64,000 nt of DNA from Candidatus Kapaibacterium sp. (GTDB taxonomy: Bacteria > Bacteroidota > Ignavibacteria > Kapaibacteriales > UBA2268), in contig OY761611.1 in NCBI GenBank assembly GCA_963664875.1, positions 2,240,001 to 2,304,000 on the forward strand. Reading direction: 5' to 3'. How positions within the stretch are numbered: the stretch's first letter is position 1; each line of letters opens with the position of its first letter. Below the pieces are notes generated by a model that saw nothing but the letters and a program-made list of their open reading frames with translations, did no database searches and was not told the origin of the DNA. Shown here in pieces: positions 29,401-37,880 of the stretch. Both the position numbers and the translations under genes were made by a program.

Positions 29401-29894
29401 TTTAATTCATTTGCATGCTTTATAGTTTCATAGACAGATATATCTTCTACTACGCCGGTTACAAATTTATTTGTATCCTGTGAGTGAGCAAGTTCTTTGT
29501 TGTTGATGCCCCAAAATACAATAGGTATCCTTTGGAACAGGCTGTCTTGCATTTGCAATACAAATTGAAGTGCAAAGTCATCTGAAACAAGGACTAAGTC
29601 GAGATCAGTACATTTTTTGCGAACATATTCAAATCTTTCTTTGAGAATTGGAATATAATCGCTACTATTATATTTCTTTGCGTATAAGAACTGTGTTTCT
29701 ATCTGATTGTTGGTTTCCTTGGCATAAGCGTCAAGCACAGGCTTGATTTTTTCATAAGTCGGAAAATTCGGACTATAGGAATTAATATATAAAATATGCC
29801 TGCCTTCGTGTGCCGAGCATAACAAAGGAAAGATTGCAATGAAAAGAATTATATATTTTTGTATTCCCATATATATTATATACAAAGTAGGCAT
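26487..29894 (-). CDS. Hybrid sensor histidine kinase (periplasmic substrate-binding-like domain, TM, 3 PAS, HisKA/HATPase, receiver)
   Basis: INSY..SDDFAL..PIVFWGIN binding domain, GIAHNFKN H-box, PFFTTK..GHGLGL, receiver ILLMDDD..DLAILD..KP. Confidence 0.92.
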   Translation of the reverse strand: MPTLYIIYMGIQKYIILFIAIFPLLCSAHEGRHILYINSYSPNFPTYEKIKPVLDAYAKETNNQIETQFLYAKKYNSSDYIPILKERFEYVRKKCTDLDLVLVSDDFALQFVLQMQDSLFQRIPIVFWGINNKELAHSQDTNKFVTGVVEDISVYETIKHANELNPNLQEIIAITDDTETGLADKRNFFAEASKFPKIKFTEMDFSLYKLDRFLNEIDKIKGNKAFLLLSGFIDAENKNYTFEYSLKKIIEKAKIPVYHLWEHGLGDGIAGGKLISHANQAKTALLLVDSIFNGTSPAKIKVIKKSPNTLVFDFEVLKKFGLYLANISEHARLINQPQEIIFISKNTFYIVAFLLTLVVLIIFILAYNLQIKRKLEKELSEARDRYESLFRTSYSIMLLIEPETGDILDANEAACRYYGYTYEEITRINISNINILTPEQITVEIQKAFTEQRNHFEFKHRLANGEIRDIESYAGKVQIGGKIRLYSIVHDITQRKRAEQELLHSRAIISENEQKYRGLFENTPIGIIYMNLDGDILDINTAMLNMVGSPGKEASLGENILSQDSILKFSTFQYFEQCIDSKQNVVAEFPYYSRFGKNLYLKSYLSPVFDNGKVIGVQAAIEDITERNEAETKIRQSETQFRLLAENVPGTIYLCENDANYTMIYLNDEIEKLTGYAKELFLNGAKTYDSLIHPEDFDYVRGSINDAVAKLESFRIEYRIQGITGNYKWVEENGIGLYENDRLIWLEGFILDITARKYAEEELTKMAKLESLSVLASGIAHNFKNMLASISLSVDLARRKPDKLNIYADRIEKTIAQANAIALRFQTFSSGGEPVREIANVCEVIDESLSIALGGTNVQHINNYDRKVWNVEIDTKQITEVFTNLFLNSKQAMENKQGKIYVDVENCTLDNPKVNKFTGDFVKISVRDEGIGIPENIISKVFDPFFTTKDNGHGLGLATVNLIIKKHKGFIKVHSQENIGTEFNIFLPANKNGIMVKKQIEEKIIRKNSYRILLMDDDDALRISMTEILELSGHNVVSVSKGETALIEYQKAYLTSRPFDLAILDLTIVGGMEGEETLNKLLVLNPEIRAIVCSAHSDKSIVANYRDYGFSGRITKPINFDGLLEEIERVMSIRI

Positions 29895-29965
29895 ATATTT
29901 ATTTTAAGTATGTAGCCATAATATATGAAATATTTTATTAATTATACAAGTTGGTTTTTAAAAAT

Positions 29966-32809
29966 ATGAATCAGAGAAAAGAATTATATCTGATAGACGG
30001 TATGAGTGTCGTATTTAGAGCTTTCCATGCGATGAGTCGTTCGGATTTGACCTCCCCGTCAGGAATGCCTTCGGGAGCTATATTTGCTTTTGTAAATATT
30101 ATTACGAGGCTTTTAGAAAAACAAAAACCGGAGCACATAGCCTGTGTTTTTGACAGGTCAGAGCCTACTTTCAGGCACGAAATGTATCCTGAATACAAGG
30201 CAAACCGAGACGAATTCCCTCAGGAGTTAGTACCCCAGTTACCAATAATTAAACAATTCCTTGATTTAATTGGTATGCAGCGAATAGAAAAACCCGGTTT
30301 TGAGGCTGATGATATAATAGGAACACTTGCCAAAAGAGCATCTGATGACGGATTCAAAGTGATATGTTTGACTAATGACAAAGATTATTATCAGTTAGTC
30401 AATGACAATACCTTGCTCTACAAACCTCAAAAAGGTGATGAATTTGATATAGTAGATATTGAAGCTGTTAAAGATAAATTTGGTGTAAGCCCGGAACAGG
30501 TAATTGATGTGCTTGCATTGATGGGTGACGCAAGCGACAATGTCCCCGGAGTAAAAGGTATAGGCGAAAAAACCGCAATTCCTATGGTACAGGAGTTTGG
30601 CTCTGTAGAAGGTATATATCAAAATCTTGATAAAATCACACGCAAGGCTGTACTAACAAAGCTGGAAAGTGATAAGGATAAAGCATTTCTTTCCAAAAAG
30701 CTCGTAACTATCGATACCAATGTTGATTTGGAACTTCACCATGCAGATATTAAATTAAGCACACCGGATTACTCGCAGTTAGATGTCTTATTCAAAAATC
30801 TCGGATTTCGCACTTTACGTGAAAAATGGCTCGCCAAAGCCGGTACTGATTATACTATCCCATCGATCGAAAGCGAGAGTAATGAAGATTCCGAATATGA
30901 AGATATTAAGCAGGAAATAGTGGGATTTGATTCTAAATCAGTTAATTACAAGCTGATCAGCACAGAAACGGAGTTAGATAGCATCATTAGTCAAATTAAG
31001 GAAAATCAACTCCTTAGTTTTGATCTTGAGACAGACGCTTTGGATAGGCTATCCTGCAATATTGTAGGTGTCGCACTTTCGTGGAAGGAAGGTTCGGCAT
31101 GCTATATATCTGTTTCAGGCAGTGCCCCCGACGGAAAATCACATATTCGACAAGCTGCCTCACTGTTCGATGAACCACAGGAAGAAATCCCATTTGCAGA
31201 CAGTTGCATCCCTGTAGAAACAGCATTAGCAAAACTAAAACCTATTTTAGAGAATGAAAACATCCCTAAATGCGGGCAAAATGCAAAATTTGATATGTAT
31301 ATTCTTAAGCGATATGGTGTCGAAGTAAACGGATTTTTGATAGACTCAATGTTAGCTTCGTATTTGCTCGACCCTGCAGAAAAACACAATATGGATGCTC
31401 TTGCAGTCAAATGGCTTAATTATGAGCCTATAAGCATAACCTCACTTATAGGAGAAAAGAAAAAAGATCAGAAATCAATGCGAGATCTCCATCCTACTGA
31501 AGTTTCAAATTATGCCTGCGAAGATGCCGACATCACTCTTCGACTTTGCAACCTGTTATCCAAAAAGATACGCGAAGAAAAACTGGAGCGCTTAGCTTAT
31601 GAAATAGAATTCCCTTTGACAAAAGTGCTTACAGACATGGAATTTGAGGGAGCAAAAATTGACGAAGCAGCGTTAAAAGAGTTAAGTGTCGAAATGAAAA
31701 AAGACCTCGAACTTCTTACTAAAAAGATATATTCAGAAGCAGGTGCAGAATTCAATATAGATTCACCTAAACAGTTAGGTCATATATTATTTGAAAAGTT
31801 AATGATACCTCCCGTCAAAAAAACAAAGACGGGCTATAGCACAGATGTGGAGGTAATGAATGAGCTTTCTCAGACTTACCCTATTGCAGAGCTAATATTG
31901 GAATACCGCAGTCTTGCAAAATTGCTTTCTACATACATAGACGCTTTGCCAAAACTCGTAAATCCCACAACAGGCAGGATACATACAACTTATAATCAGA
32001 CAGTAGCTGCAACAGGCAGATTGAGCTCGACAGATCCAAACTTACAGAATATTCCAATCAGAACCGATAAGGGAAAAGAAATAAGGAAAGCATTTATTCC
32101 TCGAAGCAAAGACCACATCTTACTGGCAGCAGACTATTCACAGATTGAATTGCGAATAATGGCTTTTATCTGCGATGATGAAAAAATGGTAGAAGGATTC
32201 AAACAAGGGCATGACATACACACTGCTACAGCAGCAATCTTAAATAACATTCCGCACGAAGAAGTTACTAAAGATATGAGAAGAATTGCCAAAACAGTCA
32301 ATTTCGGAATCATGTACGGTCTTGGAAGTTTCGGACTTTCACAACGCATAGGTATTGGCAGGTCGGAAGCTAAGAACATAATAGATAACTACTTCGAAAA
32401 GTATCCAGGCATTAAAAAATATATGGATATGACTATAGAAAAGACTCAAAAACTTGGATACGCGGAAACACTTTGCGGAAGAAGAAGATTTTTTGCTGAT
32501 ATAAATGATAAAAACAGAATGAGACGAACCGCTGCAGAAAGAGGTGCTATAAATATGCCTATACAAGGTACGGCTTCAGACATGATGAAGATAGCAATGA
32601 TAAAAATACACACTGAAATGCAAAGACTTAATCTGAAATCTAAAATGATTTTACAAGTCCATGACGAATTGATCTTCGATGTACACAAAGATGAAATAGA
32701 GCAATTAAAAGACTTGGTCATTTCAAATATGGAATCTGCTCTCAGCCTTGGGAAAGTGCCCGTGCTGGTAGATGCCGGTATAGGAAACAACTGGTTTGAA
32801 GCACACTAA
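29966..32809 (+). CDS. polA: DNA polymerase I
   Basis: LIDG..RAFHA 5' nuclease, EADD, GDASDNVPGVKGIGEKTA, DLET exonuclease, TGRLSSTDPNLQNIP, DYSQIELR, QVHDEL. Confidence 0.99.
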   Translation: MNQRKELYLIDGMSVVFRAFHAMSRSDLTSPSGMPSGAIFAFVNIITRLLEKQKPEHIACVFDRSEPTFRHEMYPEYKANRDEFPQELVPQLPIIKQFLDLIGMQRIEKPGFEADDIIGTLAKRASDDGFKVICLTNDKDYYQLVNDNTLLYKPQKGDEFDIVDIEAVKDKFGVSPEQVIDVLALMGDASDNVPGVKGIGEKTAIPMVQEFGSVEGIYQNLDKITRKAVLTKLESDKDKAFLSKKLVTIDTNVDLELHHADIKLSTPDYSQLDVLFKNLGFRTLREKWLAKAGTDYTIPSIESESNEDSEYEDIKQEIVGFDSKSVNYKLISTETELDSIISQIKENQLLSFDLETDALDRLSCNIVGVALSWKEGSACYISVSGSAPDGKSHIRQAASLFDEPQEEIPFADSCIPVETALAKLKPILENENIPKCGQNAKFDMYILKRYGVEVNGFLIDSMLASYLLDPAEKHNMDALAVKWLNYEPISITSLIGEKKKDQKSMRDLHPTEVSNYACEDADITLRLCNLLSKKIREEKLERLAYEIEFPLTKVLTDMEFEGAKIDEAALKELSVEMKKDLELLTKKIYSEAGAEFNIDSPKQLGHILFEKLMIPPVKKTKTGYSTDVEVMNELSQTYPIAELILEYRSLAKLLSTYIDALPKLVNPTTGRIHTTYNQTVAATGRLSSTDPNLQNIPIRTDKGKEIRKAFIPRSKDHILLAADYSQIELRIMAFICDDEKMVEGFKQGHDIHTATAAILNNIPHEEVTKDMRRIAKTVNFGIMYGLGSFGLSQRIGIGRSEAKNIIDNYFEKYPGIKKYMDMTIEKTQKLGYAETLCGRRRFFADINDKNRMRRTAAERGAINMPIQGTASDMMKIAMIKIHTEMQRLNLKSKMILQVHDELIFDVHKDEIEQLKDLVISNMESALSLGKVPVLVDAGIGNNWFEAH

Positions 32810-32821
32810 TATTTTAGACAT

Positions 32822-32868
32822 CCAATGTGCCTTCTTTACCCCAAAGAGGGTGCATTGGTCTTTTTTTA
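32822..32868 (+). terminator. Intrinsic terminator after polA
   Basis: CCAATGTGCCTTCTTT-loop-AAAGAGGGTGCATTGG followed by a T-run. Confidence 0.75.
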
Positions 32869-32946
32869 TTGCCTGCTATTTTGATGTATTTTACCTGTTT
32901 TTTATGCTTTTTTTATACCCCAACAAAAATATGTTATCTCAGTTGA

Positions 32947-33882
32947 TTAGCTTTGTATCAACTGTAAAAATGCCTGCGGATTTTGATTACTCTGAGCTAA
33001 AGATGTTAACGACGTTTGTTGTAGGAACTGAGCTTTTATCAGCTCTAATTGCTCTTTAGCTACGTCAGAATCCTCGAGTCTGGAAATTGCGGCATTATAA
33101 TTTGTTACCTGATTTTGCAAAACATCTTCCTGAGAAGTCAGTCTGTTCGATATACCTCCCAGATATGCTGCTACTTTATTTACATTATTTAGAGCAGCCG
33201 AAAGGCTTTGCATTGTAGTGCCAATATTTTCAGAAGAGAAAATACCCAAGCTGGTAGCTGAAACATTATTTAACTCACGAAGATCTAAATTTGTTACACC
33301 CGCAAAATTGCCGATAGCAAGAGAGTTTAGTTCGAAATTTTGACTATCGACATTGAAGTCAATATTAGACGTTGACATATCTATAGCTAAGTCAAGCAAT
33401 TCATGCTTTGCATTAGTTCCTATGTAAAAAGTGGTAGTAAAAGAACCATCAAGTAATTGTTTACCGCCAAATACAGAAGAATCTACTACAGTCTGAATCT
33501 GTTGAGTCATTCGATATGCCGCTTTGGCTAAGGCTACTTTTTCATCAGTACCTAAGGCACCTGAGGAAGCAGAAGCCGCAGAATCCTTAATCAGTGTGAT
33601 CAATTCGTTTACATTATCGAGAGAGTCCATCAGAATATTCGTCATATTCTGTGCATCACCAACGCTATTTTGGGCTGCTTTAAGCGAACCGTTTCGGGCT
33701 ATAAGAGAACGCGACGTTATGTAACCTGCAACATCGTCTGCTGCATTATTAATCCTTTTACCGGTCGAGAGCCTGAGCTGGCGGAGAGAAATCTCTCTGT
33801 TAGCTTTATCCAATGCGTTGTAGGCTGTTTCTGCCGGTATATTCGTGCGAATCCGTGGTATCCCTTTAAATGCTGAAGGCAT
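32947..33882 (-). CDS. fliC: Flagellin (copy 2)
   Basis: RLSTGKRINNAADD, FGGKQLLDGSF, LGGISNRL..SRLEDSDVAKE..LAQSNQNPQ. Confidence 0.93.
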   Translation of the reverse strand: MPSAFKGIPRIRTNIPAETAYNALDKANREISLRQLRLSTGKRINNAADDVAGYITSRSLIARNGSLKAAQNSVGDAQNMTNILMDSLDNVNELITLIKDSAASASSGALGTDEKVALAKAAYRMTQQIQTVVDSSVFGGKQLLDGSFTTTFYIGTNAKHELLDLAIDMSTSNIDFNVDSQNFELNSLAIGNFAGVTNLDLRELNNVSATSLGIFSSENIGTTMQSLSAALNNVNKVAAYLGGISNRLTSQEDVLQNQVTNYNAAISRLEDSDVAKEQLELIKAQFLQQTSLTSLAQSNQNPQAFLQLIQS

Positions 33883-33909
33883 GACTTTAACCTCTGACAG
33901 TATAAACTA

Positions 33910-33923
33910 AAACATCCATGTTT
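33910..33923 (-). promoter_or_regulatory. Putative CsrA-binding hairpin in the flagellin 2 leader
   Basis: Minus strand AAACAUGGAUGUUU with GGA at the hairpin apex, matching the ACAnGGAUGU consensus. Confidence 0.6.
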
Positions 33924-33934
33924 ATTATTCTATC

Positions 33935-34870
33935 CTAACCTTGGATCAACTGTAAGAATGACTGCGGATTAGCATTCGCCTGAGCCAAAGAAGTAAGAGA
34001 AGCTTGTTGCAAGAACTGAGATTTAACCAATTCGAGCTGCTCTTTGGCAACATCCGTATCTTCTATTCTTGAGATTGCAGTATTGTAGTTAGTAATTTGG
34101 CTTTTCAGAATATCATCCTGAGAAGTAAGTCTATTTACTACACCACCAAGATAAGAGGCTACTTTATTTACGTTGTCTAATGCATCAGCAAGAGAAGTCA
34201 AAGTAGTCGCTATATGAGAGTAATCAAATATACCCAAATCTTCACCTGAAACTGCATCTAAGTCTCTTAAATCCAAGCCTGTAACACCGGCAAAACTTCC
34301 ACTCATTAATGAATTAACATCAAAGTTGTTGCTTTCAATGTTGAAATCAAGATTACCGTTTGTCAAATCGACATCTAAAGTTATCAGGTCATGTGCAGCA
34401 TTTGTACCAATAACAAAGTCTGCTGAAAAAGTACCGTCAATAAGCTGTCTGCCACCAAAAACTGTAGATTCTACTACTGTTTGAATCTGCTCAGCCATTC
34501 TAAATGCCGCTTTCGCAAGTGCTACTTTCTCATCAGTACCCATAGCACCTGATGCAGCAGTTGCAGCAGAATCTTTGATGTTAGTTATGAGGTCACCTAT
34601 ATTCGCTAATGAATCCATAGCAATATAGGACACGTTCTGAGCATCACCCACAGCACGAGTTGCTGCTTTTAGTGAGCCATTTCTTGAAATTAAGGCACGT
34701 GACGTAATATATCCTGCCACATCATCACCGGCATTGTTGATTCTTTTACCGGTAGAAAGGCGGAGTTGCCTAAGCGAGATGTCTCTACTAGATACATCTA
34801 AAGCATTGTAGGCATTCTCAGAAGGAATATTAGTCCTTATCCTTGCATTTCCTCCTATTGCAAAAGGCAT
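33935..34870 (-). CDS. fliC: Flagellin (copy 1)
   Basis: RLSTGKRINNAGDD, FGGRQLIDGTF, LGGVVNRL..SRIEDTDVAKE..LAQANANPQ; strong GGAGGTG RBS. Confidence 0.95.
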   Translation of the reverse strand: MPFAIGGNARIRTNIPSENAYNALDVSSRDISLRQLRLSTGKRINNAGDDVAGYITSRALISRNGSLKAATRAVGDAQNVSYIAMDSLANIGDLITNIKDSAATAASGAMGTDEKVALAKAAFRMAEQIQTVVESTVFGGRQLIDGTFSADFVIGTNAAHDLITLDVDLTNGNLDFNIESNNFDVNSLMSGSFAGVTGLDLRDLDAVSGEDLGIFDYSHIATTLTSLADALDNVNKVASYLGGVVNRLTSQDDILKSQITNYNTAISRIEDTDVAKEQLELVKSQFLQQASLTSLAQANANPQSFLQLIQG

Positions 34871-34872
34871 TA

Positions 34873-34915
34873 TTCACCTCCATGTGAAATTAGTAATCCA
34901 TGGGCTTTACATCCC
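34873..34915 (-). promoter_or_regulatory. Putative CsrA sites overlapping the flagellin 1 RBS
   Basis: UUCAC-AUGGAG-GUGAA hairpin over the SD, plus upstream CAUGGAU and GGGAUGU. Confidence 0.55.
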
Positions 34916-34968
34916 ACCCATCATCGTCGAGTTCATTTCCGACCATTTTGGCCTGTTGGTTAATAATT

Positions 34969-34983
34969 ACAACTCTTATGCCA
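34969..34983 (-). promoter_or_regulatory. Putative sigma-54 promoter for the flagellins
   Basis: Minus strand TGGCAT-AAGAG-TTGT, compared with consensus TGGCAC-N5-TTGC. Confidence 0.45.
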
Positions 34984-35096
34984 AAATGACCGACACAGTA
35001 TCAATGCACTTATTTGTGCAATTACGCCTTGACAAACAAAATGAACATAGTTTTTGCTCAGTTGACTATAGAATAATCCGTGCCAATATATTTTCA

Positions 35097-35360
35097 TGTG
35101 GAAAACTATTGAGCTAAAATTGCTGAAATTGCCCTCTAATTCAAGTGTTAATAAGAATGTGGAAATGTGGAAAACATTTGGAAGCTGTTGAAAGGTATCG
35201 TATTTATGTATTTTTATTATCCAGAGTGGCTATTTATCCACTGTGCAATCTGCTAATATCAGCCACAATTTATAAAGAGAAGGAAATGGATATGTGCATA
35301 ACTTTCACTTTTTTATTATTCATCTCTTGAAATTGATATAAATCATATTAGTAATACACA
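35097..35360. other. DnaA-box cluster, candidate replication origin
   Basis: Three perfect TTWTNCACA boxes (35097, 35166, 35293, all minus) and five one-mismatch boxes (35146, 35158, 35217, 35234, 35352) in an AT-rich, gene-free interval. Confidence 0.55.
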
Positions 35361-35550
35361 TCAATTTATGCCCGTTTATAGCCATAATCCAAATATTGTA
35401 GAATATTATACAGCCACTGCGTTTTAAAAGTGCTTCTCTACAGGCAAGATATTCTCTTTTTTGAACTCAATATTTAAGATTATTTTGCATAATTGCAACA
35501 ATGCTTAGATTTTTGGACATTGAAATATCAAAAAGATTATACATATAGAT

Positions 35551-36594
35551 ATGGACGCATTTTTTGCATCAGTAGAGCAAAGAGACTTCCCGCAGTACCG
35601 AGGTAAGCCCTTGGTTGTCGGTGGCAAAAAAAGGCGTGGTGTTGTAGCCGCTGCAAGCTATGAAGCCCGTAAATATGGTATTCACTCTGCGATGCCAAGC
35701 TTTATTGCTGCTAAAAAATGCCCTCATCTTATTTTTGCAAGACCAAGATTTGAAGTTTACAAAAAGGTATCAAATCAAATAAATGATATATTTAAACAAT
35801 ATACCGACTTAGTCGAACCTGTTTCGCTTGATGAGGCATATTTGGATGTAACCAATAATAAAAAGGGCATTTCCTCTGCTGCAGAAATAGCAAGACAGAT
35901 TAAATCAAAAATCTTAGCAACCACATCTTTGACCGCCTCCGCCGGAGTTTCTTTCAATAAATTTTTAGCAAAAGTTGCCTCTGACTACAGAAAGCCGAAC
36001 GGGATTACGGTAGTTACTCCTGAAAATGCAGCTAAGTTTCTTACTAATTTGCCAATTTCCAAAATACCGGGCATAGGAAAGGTAACTCAAAAAAAAATGG
36101 AGGAAATGGGAATTTATACCGGTGGTCAACTCAGAGATTATTCCGAAGAGTTTTTATCATATCATTTTGGCAAAGTTGGTGCTCATTACTTCAGATTGAC
36201 TCATCTATCAAGCTCTGACACGGTAAGTCCGACTCGAACAAGAAAGTCTATTGGGACTGAACGTACATTTTTGGAAGATGTAACTACGGAAACCGAAATG
36301 ACTGAATCTATTGTTGATATATGCTCGGAACTTAAAAGAAGGATGGACAAAGCCAACGTTTGCGGTAAAACTTTAACTTTGAAGATTAAGTATTCGGACT
36401 TCACTATCCTTAGTAGGAGTCGCACAATAATGGATTACTTTATGGATGAAGTTGAGCTACTTGATATGGCAATTGAGTTGCTTAAAAGACCAACTCTGCC
36501 ATCTAAACCGGTTAGACTACTTGGCTTGCAACTCAGCGGCCTTGCAAATATAACGATTGATATGCTACCTTATCAGTTAAGACTCAAGTTTTAA
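35551..36594 (+). CDS. dinB: DNA polymerase IV (true start uncertain; see findings)
   Basis: (KIIHID)MDAFFASVEQ, ASYEARKYG..SAM, SLDEAYLD, KFLAKVASD..KPNG, GIGK, RLLG. Confidence 0.95.
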   Translation: MDAFFASVEQRDFPQYRGKPLVVGGKKRRGVVAAASYEARKYGIHSAMPSFIAAKKCPHLIFARPRFEVYKKVSNQINDIFKQYTDLVEPVSLDEAYLDVTNNKKGISSAAEIARQIKSKILATTSLTASAGVSFNKFLAKVASDYRKPNGITVVTPENAAKFLTNLPISKIPGIGKVTQKKMEEMGIYTGGQLRDYSEEFLSYHFGKVGAHYFRLTHLSSSDTVSPTRTRKSIGTERTFLEDVTTETEMTESIVDICSELKRRMDKANVCGKTLTLKIKYSDFTILSRSRTIMDYFMDEVELLDMAIELLKRPTLPSKPVRLLGLQLSGLANITIDMLPYQLRLKF

Positions 36595-36625
36595 CTGATT
36601 GTATGTGTATTTTCGAATGGATAAG

Positions 36626-37786
36626 TTAAAATTTGTTAGAAGTGATTTGTAGCGGGTACCACGCAAAAAACGCAGTCCCTTTCTCCACAGAACTTTCGAA
36701 CCATACTTTTCCTTCGAGGTATTTTTCAGTCAATAGCTTTATACTATATGTACCAAGCCCTCTTCCGGTTCCTTTCGTTGAAAAAGAACGTTTGAATAGT
36801 TGCAGTTGGTGATCATGAGGAATATATCCGGAGTTTTTAACAGCAAACACTACACCCTGATCCTTGCTAAAACATGACAAATCTACTGTATCCCCTTTGT
36901 CTATTGCTTCAAGAGCGTTTTTCAGCAAATTGCCTAATACACGGATCAGCAGTGTTTCGTCGGATTGCATAAAGATATTTTCTGATAGCGGATTTATAAT
37001 TATCTGCTTGTTATTTCTAATTTGATATTTAAGATATATCTCTTTGACTTTTTCCAAGACTTTTTTAGAGGAAGTAGCTGTCGGACGCACAGCAAGCTCA
37101 TCATGCTCCGCATCAATCAAATCTTTTTGAGCAGCAATCTCATCTATAAGCCTATCTGAAAGTTTTTTGATAATGTCGGCAAATGAATAATAATCTTCAG
37201 GTTTCGAATTGACAAGAATTTCTGCAAACCCCTTTAATCCGCCGGCAGTATTCATTATGTCATGGAAAAATATACGCTCTAGAGCAATCTTCCGCTTCAA
37301 TTCGGAAATATCTTTAAGGTAATTAATCGTGAAAGTGTGATCGCCCACAGTAAATGGTGTTGCTGTGATGGAAAATTCATAGGTATGCTGTGAATGTATA
37401 TTTGTTATTTCGCACTCACTTGTACTTTTAGTACCATTTATAGCACTTAGGGTCGCCTGCACATTGCCACAAGTTTTACAGAACTCTGTAGTACCACAGC
37501 CTCCAACTTCTTTGTCCCAGTATTCGCAAGCCATAGTCTCACCAAGGCGTTTGCCGGTATTCAATTCGGAAGTGTCTCCTACAAAATGATAAAAGGCACG
37601 GTTTGCAAGTACCAACTGGCGAGCAGAATTTAAAATACAGAAAATATCGGGCACAGAATCGATAAGCTCTTTAATATACGGAATGTCCAATAGAATCTTT
37701 CTATGCTCTGCTATCTGTTTGTCGTCATACCGAAAAGCCGAAGCATATTTTGTAGGCAAATCTATATTGGTTCTGTGCATATACAA
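36626..37786 (-). CDS. PAS sensor histidine kinase with a Cys-rich insert
   Basis: PAS-like region with C-x9-GCG-x4-C-xx-C, H-box FFHDIMN, NLLKNALEA, FSTKGTGRGLG. Confidence 0.88.
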   Translation of the reverse strand: MYMHRTNIDLPTKYASAFRYDDKQIAEHRKILLDIPYIKELIDSVPDIFCILNSARQLVLANRAFYHFVGDTSELNTGKRLGETMACEYWDKEVGGCGTTEFCKTCGNVQATLSAINGTKSTSECEITNIHSQHTYEFSITATPFTVGDHTFTINYLKDISELKRKIALERIFFHDIMNTAGGLKGFAEILVNSKPEDYYSFADIIKKLSDRLIDEIAAQKDLIDAEHDELAVRPTATSSKKVLEKVKEIYLKYQIRNNKQIIINPLSENIFMQSDETLLIRVLGNLLKNALEAIDKGDTVDLSCFSKDQGVVFAVKNSGYIPHDHQLQLFKRSFSTKGTGRGLGTYSIKLLTEKYLEGKVWFESSVEKGTAFFAWYPLQITSNKF

Positions 37787-37880
37787 TTCCGCAAAATGAT
37801 ATTGACTTAATATCGGAATAAATGGGTAACAATAAAAGGTAAAATACTGCTATTGTAAAAGTTTAATTGACAATTAAGAG

